The notes below the pieces were generated by a model. The model saw only the letters and a program-made list of their open reading frames with translations. It was not told the origin of the DNA and made no database searches. A program made the position numbers and the translations under genes. A DNA stretch of 63,372 nucleotides, filler included, from Collodictyon triciliatum (Eukaryota), in the NCBI GenBank assembly GCA_043381765.1. It is 4 parts of 4 records of this genome, joined end to end, with 100 filler letters (N's around TTAATTAATTAA, not from the genome) between each part and the next. Parts side by side here need not be neighbours in the genome. Positions count along the whole stretch, not along the records: positions 18,343 to 36,578 come from JBHJMP010001389.1; positions 36,679 to 54,893 come from JBHJMP010001390.1; 2 more parts are not named here. The stretch is one strand, 5' to 3'. Below are positions 27,931-40,200 of this stretch, piece after piece; the stretch's first letter is position 1; every line of letters starts with the position of its first letter.

Positions 27931-30900
27931 AATTTAAACCGAAGCCTCCAAAAACAATTAATCATTCTGGGAACAGCAGGGATAAGGTTTTATTTCATAT
28001 CAAACACATTTATGTTAGTCCTCTTCATTCTTTTAAAATAGAAATATGTAATGTTATTTTTTTGTTGACCTAACTACTGATTCGAAAATGCAGCCAGACT
28101 ATTCATTTTTTTATGGTCGCTTGGATAAGTGCGACTCTCGAGTTGTAAGTGTCTCGATTTCAAAATTGGTTGACGTTCTCTTGAATTAAATTTTATAACT
28201 TTATTAATCAATTATGAATTTCTTTAAAAAGAAATGCGACGGCGCTGACTTGACTCTTCTCATCTCTTCCTCTTGCTTCTACTTCTCACACTCTCACGGC
28301 CGGGTTTTTTTAAGCACAAGCTTTTTTCCCGAGAGCCATTCCCCTTATTCTACTTTCATTCTTTCATCCACTACCGAAACACAAATAAAAATGAAAACAG
28401 AACCAGATGAATAAGATTCCTTCCTTGATTTACAAAAAGAATGTCTGTTTTTGGATTAAAAACGGTAATTAATAGGCCAAAATACTATAACCATACTGCA
28501 CACCAGCAATGCTGTAAAAAAGCTTGCTGTATTTTAACATGAATAATTCCATTTACTTGTTGATGTTAAATGTCACTTGTTTTAAATATTAATGCGTGCT
28601 ATGTTTATCTCTCGAAAATATTGTCCTTTTGGAAAACCTAAGTAACGAATAGATTTTTCATCAAAATACGTAATAGTTTCTTAGTTTGATTATATCAAAT
28701 ATTATGCTAAATACAACCAGGTTAAATATTTTTGAACTGGATATCTATGAAGGGCAAACAATAAAAAAAATTTGGAATATGGTCTGGACAATTAGACTCA
28801 TGAAAGTTTTGTCAAAATGACCATTCATGAAAGCAATTTCAAATGGGTAATTTTTCCTCTTTTTTGAAATTTCAGATAGTTCTCTTAAATTATAATCAAT
28901 CACAAACAAGAGTGACAAAATGATTTTATTAAAGAAAATCAGACGAAATAGAGAAGAATTGTTTTTTTTTAAGAAAAGTGTTTAAGTTTCCAAGGAAAAG
29001 AAACAGTGCTTTAATAATTGAAATTCCGACGGTGATATTCACCGTTTTGAAAATCATTATTGGTCCAAAATAGCATGTTACATTCATTCCTATCCTTTTG
29101 TATTGTTTCTTGTTTTCTTAAAATTCTATTGAAGAAAACTGGAGTCGACTCAGCATCCCAACAGACCAAGGTTATCGAGATATGAACTAAATTTTTTGAA
29201 TGCTTAGTTGAAGTTTTTTGAAACTTTTTATGAATCAATACTCTTCAGTTTAGCGGGCATTAAAAATTCCACTCTTTGTCTCAGATAATCCTCTATTACG
29301 AAGGTTACACATTTGAAGACTACTCATGTATGACATGGCCACAAAATATAAAGGGAAGAATTTCTATCCGTATTGCAGCCTAAAAACTTGAAGTGAATTA
29401 TTAATATCTTTTGCACAAAATATTGTCTCTCAAGATGCAAGTCTTCAGCACGTTCTCAGGAAGTCGTTTTTTCCTCGAAAATTCCCTTAAAAGAGTGAAC
29501 TCTATTTTTTTGGAGATAAAACCGAAAATTTTCATATAATTTGTCTATAGTTTAAATTCGATAAGATAAATATTCGAAGAGGAAATGAAGTATATAGCAG
29601 ACTATAACTATTTATGTGACTCATCGTTTCCTTCCTCGCCCAGGTTTTTTTTGTATTTTCGTCTTTTTATAACGCTCAGATTTATCGGAACCGGTGGCAA
29701 TTTTTCTCAACTATTCATGTATTTCATTTACAAAATAAGTGTATTGCACGAATAATGGCCACTATTTTGTTCTGAAAGGGCAATAGCACAGAGACACCCT
29801 TTCTATCTCAATTTTTTTTTGTTAAATTTCGGATTATTTGTCTGAAGAGTTCATTTTCGAATTTTGATGAGGAATGATAGCCAACTAAAGCATAATAAAT
29901 AGAATTCATAGCTAATAAATGGGGCAATATATTTAATATGGGCGATTTATTTACGAGACTCCACAATATTCAATTTGGATGTAATTTGATGATATCTGTT
30001 GCAATAACAGATAATTGATTTGAATGCGATGAAGGCACACTCTCTTCTATGCGGTTATATTTATACATTTAATTATAGCGAGTCTATTTTCTCAGAAAAT
30101 TTGGTATATGGTTCACTAGAATCAGTGACATCAAAAGCGCTATATTATCTCTTAGAAGTCCGATGTATTTCTGCATCATTAACTGAAACAATAATACGAA
30201 ATGACGTTGCATATTCAAAAAAATTTTCCATGGTCGAACTCAAGAAATACAAAAACTTTACAACATCTAATATTAGAATGACCAGCGTCAATAACTTTCG
30301 TTACCCGATGAAAATCAGTATGACATATTTCGATTACAAAATTCTTGATCTTGACTCTGTCAAATCCAAAATCACGGATCATAATATATTTTCTATCAGG
30401 CAACATGAAATCAGCTAAAATCAGCTAAACTGATAACGATTATGTCGCCAATGATTACTTTCCTTCCATTCAATTATAACCGAGCCTTAATTTTAGTTGA
30501 CTTTAAAATGCGACACAAAAAACACTGGGCTTTACGTGTGCAGATAATTCGTGTCCATGTTATTGAATTCATAATCATTTCCTTGCTTACAAAAAATATC
30601 ATTAATTAGATCTTACCGATAGATATTGATAAAATTTGGTCCTTTGTTTGCACGCGTTGAATGTATAGTTTCGGGGTACTCTTCAGACATTCCAGCGTGA
30701 CTTCTTCTGTGATGATTACAAGGCTGATTATTTCTGTACTTGCCCCAAATCAATGGACTTTAAGAATTATAGGCTATATGCCCCATAAAATTTGCACATA
30801 TAGACTGATATTGCCATTATATTCAATAGCCGTATAGGTATGAACGTGGATAATCGCTTTTGAAGAGAAAAAGACGAGAGTGACGTCAGGATTGGTACTA

Positions 30901-31928
30901 CAAACAGAAAAGATATCATATTCTCTTCATTCAATTTTCCGCTGCTCATTTTATTTATTGTGACGCGGAGATCTTAACTCCAAAATTTTAGTCAGAAAAG
31001 AAAGTAGCTAATTAAAATTCAACTGATTAGAAATGAGCAAACTGAACCTTACATTTCCCAAGGAAACAGTCTCAATTGGAGCCTAGTCAAGCCAATTTTG
31101 AATTATTTGGACACCTCTTCTATTGATATGCTACACCATCATCTCTGTAGCAAGAGAGAGACCTTCCCTTTTTTCGCTTCATAATAACCCAAATCGATTT
31201 TATGTCTCTTGGAGTTAAAAAAATCTCTAAATAGACAAAATCATGGCGGTTATGTGATTCTCTTAATTTCATCTACCTTGCCCGAGAAAATACCAAAGCA
31301 TTGTAAAAAAAAGAAGAAAATAAGAAAGTTATTTATGTAACGAGATAGCATTGGAACCCATAAATCATTTGAATATGATGATACATGTATGTGTGCTATT
31401 GCCTCAGCAAAATACTCCCGTCTCTTAGTGACTCCCTTTCAATCATCTGAATGCGATTAGTGAATGTGTCAGGTGGATTCCTCTGAACTCACTTGGAACA
31501 ACTAAATATCGAATAATTAGTTTTCGCTTGGAGTTTCTTTACTTCGGGCGATGTGGATACCCACTCCCTTTCTACGCACGCTTATTTATTATTTTTGGAA
31601 AAGAATCTGGTTTATGGCAAAGCGAAAGAATCATTTATTCATTATTGCGAAGGTTTGCTATCATTTTTTGTGGGAATTTTCGTACATATGCGCGACGCTT
31701 TGCAAAGCCATTAAGCCTGGATACAGCCTCTGGCTGAGCGAATTATTGAATCGCATCGTGTCGTCTTCCTCCGGTCAAACGAGATCTGGTCGGTTGAGGG
31801 ATCAGGCCTCGCATAACAAGTGCCGCGTCCTTCCTTGCCTCTTCGTCAACATTTTTTTGTTATTGTTATTTTTATTATTATTATTGTTATTATTATTATC
31901 ATTATGACTGACAGGTTGTCCAGCGCCC

Positions 31929-34429
31929 ATGGGAAACAGCAACAAGAAGGCTGCGCAAGATGAAGCTGTAGCAAAGATCGACACTATCTTATTGGAGGGG
32001 TCAGACACGCCAAGCAATGCAACACGCCTCCTTCTTGACTTTAAAAAGATCGATTCGCTCATGTCTCCGATATCTCGTCTCAAAGATCTGGAGATCCTCG
32101 CACTCAATCATACACGTGTGTCTTTCCTCCCTGAGTGGATTTCTGTGTTGAAGAAGCTGAGAAGACTTTCTGTATTCGAGACGCTTGTAAGTGTACCATA
32201 TTTCACAGCTCTCGTGAAGTCATTTTATGTTTATAGTTTTATATGTAATTGTATTTGCATTTGCATCTATTTTATTTGTTTTATATGTATTATTTCTATT
32301 ATTTGCTTGTATTTGTTTCTGTATTAGTATTTGTATTGTATTTATATTGTATTTATATCGTATTTGTATTGTATTTTTATTGCATTTGTTTTATTTGTAT
32401 TATATTTATTTATACTTATTTGCATTTCATAACTTATTTGTGACGGTGACAGGTTGAATACTTACCGGATGCAATCACACACTTGACGGCTCTCGACACG
32501 CTCCAAATTGAATATCGCGGACATATATGTGTTAAAAGAGCTCATGCAGCCACACAGGCTTTGCCATGTTGGCACAACACAACAGAGCCACCAAGTGGGA
32601 TGTTAATGCCGTGTTCTGAGGCACTGAAAAAATTGGAATTGTATGATTGCGTCATGGCAAATAAGCTTATTGCAGATGTCTCTGTTTTCATAGACGATTG
32701 GAAAGTACTTTGCTCCATCGACCTTTCATTCAATAAGGTAACTTGGTTTTTTGTTCGTTTTTGTTCGTTTTTGTTCTTTTTGTATACATCCGCGCAAACC
32801 TGACCCTGGTTAATCCTTTAGATATCATTCTTGCCCACCACCCTTTCGCAACTGCAAAAACTGGAAATGATTTCACTTAGTCACAATTGCGTAATCCATA
32901 TATGCAAAAAAAAAAAATCATGTTTATAATCGCTTCTTGAAATGTTCTTTTCTGTTGTCGTTTCCCATTGCTCTATTTTTTTATTTTTTTTTTACTGCGT
33001 AAACGCTCCTTCTTGTATTATGATAGTTGATCAATATACCTGGACCTTTGTTGAGTATTCCAAATCTCCGGCACCTTTGTTTATCACAAAATAAGGTTTG
33101 GCTGATATTTCTCTCCAATAACAGATTACATGTATATTGCGATTTTTATGTCATGCTGATTCCTTTGCAGATTACGGAGATTCCTCCAACAATTACATCA
33201 TTATCAGGACTTTCCTGTCTAAATTTGAAAAATAACCTTGTAAGTTAAAGCTGGTTACGGTTGTACTGCCCGAAAGGATAGCCAGTTATAGGAGTCTTTT
33301 TTTTCTTTTATATCTCTAAAAACACACTTTCATCTTAATTCCCTTTTTCAATCAACAGTTGTCATATTTGCCGGCTTCTTTCTCTTCTCTGCTTCATCTA
33401 AAACACCTCAACCTCTCTCACAATCAGGTAATATGAATAACTGTGTGCCCTTAACCCACCCCACATGATTCTTAAGATTTTCATATTTAGTTCACTGAAG
33501 TTCCTGATCTTTGCGGCCTCGAATCATTGCTTCTTTTTGACATCGCGCACAATTGTCTTTCTCCTTATATCCAAAAAACAATTGATGATTTATCGACCCA
33601 CCGGGATGTTGCCAATCTACAATATCAAAGATTATCTGAAATCCCATCGCTCTTGCAGATGGTTTTGCGAAAATTCAAAGCGATAAATATATGGAGCAAT
33701 CATGTATGTCCTTACTATTGCTCTATTGAAGCACGCATTGTTTTGAGCTGCCACTTTTTCGACCAAGTCGAATATCAACATGTGTATCCCCCCCCCCCCC
33801 TTACAGATTCCAGTATTTCGAATATACATCTGACTTGAAGACATATTTTTAGATTTCTGACCTTCCATTATGGTTTTTTCGGTTGGAAAGGCTTTGTGAA
33901 TTGGACATATCAATCAACAAACTTTCTTCGCTTCCCGAGGAGGTTTCGATGCTGACTTCACTCAAGGTACTTAATATCTCCAGCAACTACATTTCGGTCC
34001 TCCCGGATTCCATCTCGCTGCTGGCAGGCCTCAGGAGCGTCAATATTAGTCGTAATCAAGTTTGTTTCTCGATATATGTGACGTGAAGTAATATGTAAGA
34101 GATGTAATCTTTGTATTAAAAAAAAAGCCTTAACCTGCACCTCCATGAGCCAGTTTCCTGAGCTTCCATTCGTCATTTGCTCCATGGTTGAAATTATATC
34201 TCTCGACTTCTCACATAACAAGGTTTTTGTGATGCAATCGAATTTCGATGTGTTGTTTTCTTCCTTCCATTTTGTACTAAGGATTTTGAATACATTCACC
34301 AGATAGTAATTCTGTCAGTGCCAAACAATTAGCATGTATAGACACAACAACCGTATCTGAATTGATAAACCTTATTATTCTATCTTTTTATCCTATCAAA
34401 AAAAAACTTAGATACGTGAGATTGCATAA
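31929..34429 (+). CDS. Intracellular LRR protein with N-myristoylation-type start (MGNSNKK), multi-exon
   Basis: Repeated LPxxxxxLxxLxxLxLSxN; several exons are exactly 69 nt (one LRR); end coordinate tentative. Confidence 0.8.
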
Positions 34430-34982
34430 CCGCTTCGCTGCTTAACCTGCGCACTCCAGAACCAAGCTGTCCGGTGGCTGCGTTATAAAGTAATTAAAAA
34501 AATGCTAATTCTGTATCGTTCTTATTCAATTGTTCTGCAAAAATCAAAGGAAAAAAAATATTCCTTTGGTAAATAAAACACACATCATTATCCATTGCAC
34601 AAACGTATAGAGCTTGGCATCTAGAACAAAAGTAAAATCAGCAGCGAATTGATATAGATGACCCAGTATGAGGTAAAAATTATACTCTCACCAAAGGAAC
34701 TCAGCTTGTCTCATGGTTGTAAGGAGCGGACCGATTTTATAACCTACAGCCGAATTCTTTCTGCAGATGTTTTTCATATTCGCCCAGGCCACTCAGCGAA
34801 CAATACACATCATTAAGAATTATAATAGTAAAAGGAATCAACAGAAGGTGGTCGTCAGACCATTATTCAGCGCACTTGTGTTTGAATTCATCGGCGGTTG
34901 GCTTTGCTCATGCTTTATGTTATCCGCAATCAAGAGGTGTCCAGAAAGAAAGAAGGAAACAAAGGGCTGGAGATTGATTGCG

Positions 34983-36578
34983 TTATTCGTGTGAGTCGGA
35001 AGGATGAGATCGAATGAAAGAAAGTAAAAAGGAGGTTAAGCAAAATGCTTCACTTGGCGCGCAACTCGTCACGGGCCCTCCTCCTATCCAAGCGATGTTG
35101 AATAAATCACACAAGTATGTCGAATCATTCGTTGAACAAAAAACAGTGTTGCAAAAGTTTGGGGAAGAAGAGAAAGAGGATGACCCAGAAACTTGTGACA
35201 GGTTATGAGTGGAACAGGAAGCAGTTATGGTAAAAACAGATATTGGGAAGCGTTGTTGTACCTCAGAGCCACTTTCGTAAATCGCAAGCTCCACGTTTCC
35301 TTTTGCCTTTGAACGAAGCAGTGTGTATTGCTCGCTGATGCTGCGGTGGCGATTCCACAACACACCTACCACAACCAAAAGGAAAATAACCACTGCGACG
35401 GAGCCGACAACCGCCATCACCGGAACAGGGAATTCATCTGAACCGTATTAATTCGTATTTAAGATGAAGGTGGCTTGTTGTAGTGATGCTAGAAGAGTTG
35501 AGGCAAGTCAAGTCAAGTCAAGTCAAGTCAAGTCAAGTCAAGTCAAGTCAAGTCAAGTCAAGTCAAGTCAAGTCAAGTCAAGTCAAATCAAATCAAATCA
35601 AATCAAATCAAATCAAATCAAATCAAATCAAATCAAATCAAATCAAATCAAATCAAATCAAATCAAATCAAATAGCGAATAGAGCTATGAATGAGGAAGT
35701 TAAGTTTTGTTTGGCCTTTTCTGGTTTGCCCACAATACCGCAGTCCTCGATAATATCTTTCGGTTCGTCTCCAAAGCAGGTGGAAAGTTTCAGATGTGTT
35801 GTCAAGCGTCGACCGTTTTCGCAGCGCCCTTGGAAAGGCTTCAGGTCAGCGGCCTTGCAAACGGGGCATCCATACTTTGAAGTCCAGCGGATGACGTGGT
35901 TGCATTCTTCTTCTGTAGCGTTGAAGACAGGAATCCCCTTTTCGTAGTTCGGGTCACATTCGAATCGTATAGTGCTAGCGGTTAATTTGTTCATTTATTT
36001 ATTTTAATCAATTGTAATTCTTAATTTTGTCTGTGAATAAGATTATAAGTTTGGATAAATTAATGCCGTTCGAATCTCAAAGATTGTATTGTTGTCAGCC
36101 ATACGTTGAGAGACCGTCGGGACATTTCTTTGTGGATTTTCCATTGGAATAGATAACGACCAGGCCTTCCAGTCCCTGGGCTAAGATATGGGTGGAATTG
36201 TTTTAATAGGTATGTATATTAAGACTTAGATTACAAACACATCAGGATACATGACATGGGCATGCTTAATTAGGTTGGTGTTGATTATATTCTCACCGAA
36301 ACTCATGTAGCTTCCTGTGTTTGAGTGACTATCGACAGAACTTGCCTTCATTTTGTAAAGTGGTATTTTATTAAAAAAAAAAAAAAAAAGTAATCGTAAA
36401 GTGACGGCTTCGGGGGTGTGAGAAAAATAGGAGAAAGCATACCTAAGAAACATCAACGCGTCTAAAAATATTGCAATATAATATGTCCTTACAAAAAAAA
36501 AATTAAAGGGAGAAAATACCATGCAAGCAAACGGCTGTTGGGAGCACAGCGAATCCACTGGCGTGGGCCTCTTGCACA
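34983..36578 (-). CDS. C-terminal part of a type I membrane protein with an MRH (mannose-6-phosphate-receptor homology)-like domain, ELAPOR/KIAA1324-like; 5' truncated by gap
   Basis: STIRFECDP...ECNHVIRWTSKYGCPVC, Cys-rich linker, TM VMAVVGSVAVVIFLLVVVGVLW, cytosolic YTLL motif; 3' end uncertain. Confidence 0.65.
35504..35672. repeat. Intronic compound microsatellite (AAGTC)n-(AAATC)n
   Basis: Directly visible. Confidence 0.95.
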
Positions 36579-36678
36579 NNNNNNNNNNNNNNNNNNNNNN
36601 NNNNNNNNNNNNNNNNNNNNNNTTAATTAATTAANNNNNNNNNNNNNNNNNNNNNNNNNNNNNNNNNNNNNNNNNNNN
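36579..36678. other. Artificial contig linker
   Basis: N44-TTAATTAATTAA-N44. Confidence 0.98.
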
Positions 36679-37182
36679 CACGTGGGTCGGTCTGAACGGC
36701 TTCAGCTCCTCACGAAGGAGTTGCGGCCACACGTCCAGCGGTAGTTGGTAGAGCATCACCGAGGTCTCTGTTGGTTTGCTTCTGCTGAAGCTGGTTATAA
36801 TATCGCTCAAAATTACCTGCTTCAGTTCCAGAAGCTTTCGCGCGTTTTCTGCAGTGCGGAAGGCTATCAGGCGAAGGCCTTCGCTGTCTGGTAAGCGCAG
36901 TTGGATGGACTCTTCCCAAAGTTTGTTCGCTTTCAAGAAGGAGGCGAGCGCATCAGTGAGCCTGCGGGCCTTGTTCTTGTTGTAAATTACTTGCTCAACA
37001 TCATGCAAAAATACTGTCCGATCAGACAGACTTGCAGGCGGCTTCCTTGCACGGGCCTTCCTGGACTTACGTGAAACTTGGGGTTTTTCCGCGCCAGCGT
37101 TGGAACCTGAAGAACTGGCTGCAACTTGCAAAGCCTTTGACATAAGAGGTCGCGGCTTGTATCTCCCATCAGGCGTAAACAA
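36679..37182 (-). mobile_element. Intronless basic ORF running into the gap; probable ORF1 (gag/RRM-like) 5' end of a non-LTR retrotransposon
   Basis: Basic N-terminus, LIAFRTAENARKLL and VMLYQLPLDVWPQLLREELKPF resemble L1/Tx1-type ORF1 RRM patterns; intronless; at a contig break. Confidence 0.5.
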
Positions 37183-37274
37183 CCCGATTAACCCAGAAAC
37201 TCATATCTTGTCACAAATATATATAATACGTTCATGTCTTGAAAGACCCACTTTATTTGCTGCGAGGGGGCATC

Positions 37275-40200
37275 TTATTTCTGCTGTGGTTGCGCAATGG
37301 TGACATCCTTCAGGCCGTCGAGGAAATGCTGAAGCGGGATGTTCGGGTTGAGGTAGTTGCGTCGTTGCAGCTGAGCGGCGTGATTCTCCTCGGGTGCGTG
37401 AACGTGATGGTGCGTGTGGGACTGAACAATGACAGATGGATTGGCAGCTGCTTGAGTGGAGGCCACATTGGTCGAAACAGGCTGCGAGGGCTGGTGGAGC
37501 GAATCGGCCTTGGAGGACAACGGACTGGAGCCAACTTCGGCCTCTGCTTTGCGCTCAGGAATCTCGCGTCCGCGATGAGTTCCTCGCCTTGTTGCTCGGT
37601 CGCCTTTCAAACCTGACGGGGTGGACGGGCTGCCGCTGGTAGAAAGCGGGGCGGGCGATATGCTGAGGGAGGCTCCGCTGGCGACTGCGGCTGGCTTGCT
37701 GCCGATTGGGATGCACGAGGAAGTGGCGTTGGGGCTTGCGGCTGGCTCGGCACTAGGAGTTGGTGTGGGGACTGCTGCGGCTGCGTAAGAGATGTGCATA
37801 AAAGAAAAAAAAAAGCGATTATCGGCGTGGTATGACTCGTCTCTTTGGTGCAGAATGCTCGAACCTTTCTTTGACATCCCTCTTCTCTCCACTTCCCACG
37901 GACTCTGGTTGGCGCCAGGGCTCATGGAAATCTCAAGACGGAAGCGCGCAGGGTCGTCCAATGGGCGGCTGGGGTTTTCATACAGGCGGAAGACGATGTG
38001 AGTCAGATAGTTGATTTCAAACTGCTCTCGGAAGCGGTCGGCAAGGCGCGATGAAATGATGGGTGGGGCGTCCGGGTATATCTGCGCGGTGGATGCGATA
38101 ATTGTTTGTAATAAGTAGCTGTGGTGAAAAAGGGATGTGGCGGTGATGATGGATATAATAATGGAAGAAGGAGGAAAAGGGAGACGGAAAAGATTCGAAG
38201 CGCAAAAGGTAACACCAGCCGATTTCAAAGATAGCCGATGTATTGGAATACGAGAAGAGAAGAAGACGAGAAGACGAAAAGAGAAGACGAAAAGAGGGGA
38301 CGAGAAGAGGGGACGAGAAGAGGGGAATGCAGATGAAAATGTGGATTAATTAACAGACATCGCTGGTGTATCGGAGAACGTTCAGCAGGGAATGAAGATG
38401 AGACTCGCTGGTAAAATACAGTCTGGAATACAAATATATTTAAAAAATGCACTGAATGAATTGCTCTGCATGTCAAGCTCAAATGTTTATAAGTTTGAGA
38501 GAAAGGACGTATTATTTGACCAGAATTTGATTACAATGAATTGAACTATTGTTAATACACTAGGAATCACGACAGTCTGAACAACAATAGGAAAATCAAA
38601 TATATGCGAGTACCTTGTTCGGACGAATTCTTCTCCGCTCTCTCCGCTCGGCCCACTCGAGCGGTTCATAATGTTGGATAGCTTGGACGTATAGGTCTCT
38701 CCAGGAATCGGGGCGGTAGAGACTGGGTCTATCAGAGATGAAATCAGGTCGCTCTGGATCTTGTTCAGTAGTAACTGACACATCACGGAGCCAATCTCGA
38801 CTTTTTCCTGTGCAGTCATTCTGCATGTTTTGGTATTCCATTCCCATATAGGAATAAAGTCAAATCAGCATCGATGCGAATGAGAATAAACTTGTAGAAG
38901 TGTTTGGATTTCAGGGAATCAATTAATGGAGTGTAGCTTCACGACCCAAAACAAAAGAAAAAGGTAAAGGTAAAAGGGTGGTGATTGCAGTAGGCAATTT
39001 GATTTGTTTTGGATGGAGGAAAAAAGAAAATACACAAACCCATATTCCTGCGGCACCACAATATCATTTAAGGATTTGGCTTGGTTATAAAGTTCACGAA
39101 TATTTTTAAGTCCAAGTTTGAAGTTGTGAAGCGCATCATATTTGATACAATCAAAAATATCTGGTATCTTGCTAATGTTGTACTCATTCTTTCTTTTGCA
39201 AAAGAAATCGCTTTCCAGCTTTTGCCATCTCGCAAACATCAAATGTATTGTTTCTTGCTCGCAAAGGGTGTGTGGTGGCTAATGTATTTGCGATATAATC
39301 AGCAAGATTTGCATAGAGGCCATGTTCGATTGAACTGTAGGCATAATTAACGAAAATAAGAGTTTGTAATTTGGGTAAAACATTAAGTTTCTTTTTTTTA
39401 AAAGAAAAATGTTTTTAATTACAGGTTTCCCTGCCATGAGAGCAGCTTCCGTGTTTTGAACCATAACTCTGAGCTGAGCAGTAATCGATTTGATGGTATC
39501 GTACAGTCGCATGAGAGACCTGTTTATTGTTCACGTAAGCTCATAAAAGAATGTGCATATTTAAGTGGTATATTAATATTTGCTTTTTGTTGGCAATTAT
39601 GAGCTGGAGTACCTTCTCGGGTTTCCAAGCTCCTTGAGCATTCGAATGGGTGGGTAGCTTCGTGCTGGGGTGTTCATCAGTTCTTTGATATAGCTCTTGG
39701 GTGCGCAAATAGGATCATTGAATTTTTAATGTAATGAGTTATACTGTGCTCAGTTTGAAAGAAATGTATGTGTTTACGCATATAAGACAACGCTTGAGCA
39801 AACGCGATTACTGAAAAGAGTGTACAAATAATGAATGAAGCATTTAAAAGTCATTTACCTCTTCCATGACATTGTCAGAGCTCATGATAGTAAGCAAACG
39901 CTGTTTTGTTTCTGTGATTCTGCCATCTGTCTCTCCAGTTACATCAAGCAACTCATTTGCGGATTGGTCTTTTCGCACAATGCTCACCAGAATAGGCGTC
40001 AGCTCTCCTTCGAGATTAAGAAATCCTCTAGAAAAGGCAGCGGCTGTCATTTGCACTCTGCCTTCATCGGATGCATAGATCTTAAGATCGTGCCTATTGG
40101 CACTATGCAATCTCACCAAGCCATGGAAGGCATCTTTGTGTGACGATAAAAAAAAAACATCAGTTAAAAATAATACAACTCATCTGTAATGAGAATAAAT

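Noticed and set aside
28200-31500. Possible gene or further microexons in the AT-rich interval, including ORF 30020-30418
   Set aside because: No recognisable motifs and no regular AG|3n|GT pattern found by eye; a degenerate gene cannot be excluded.
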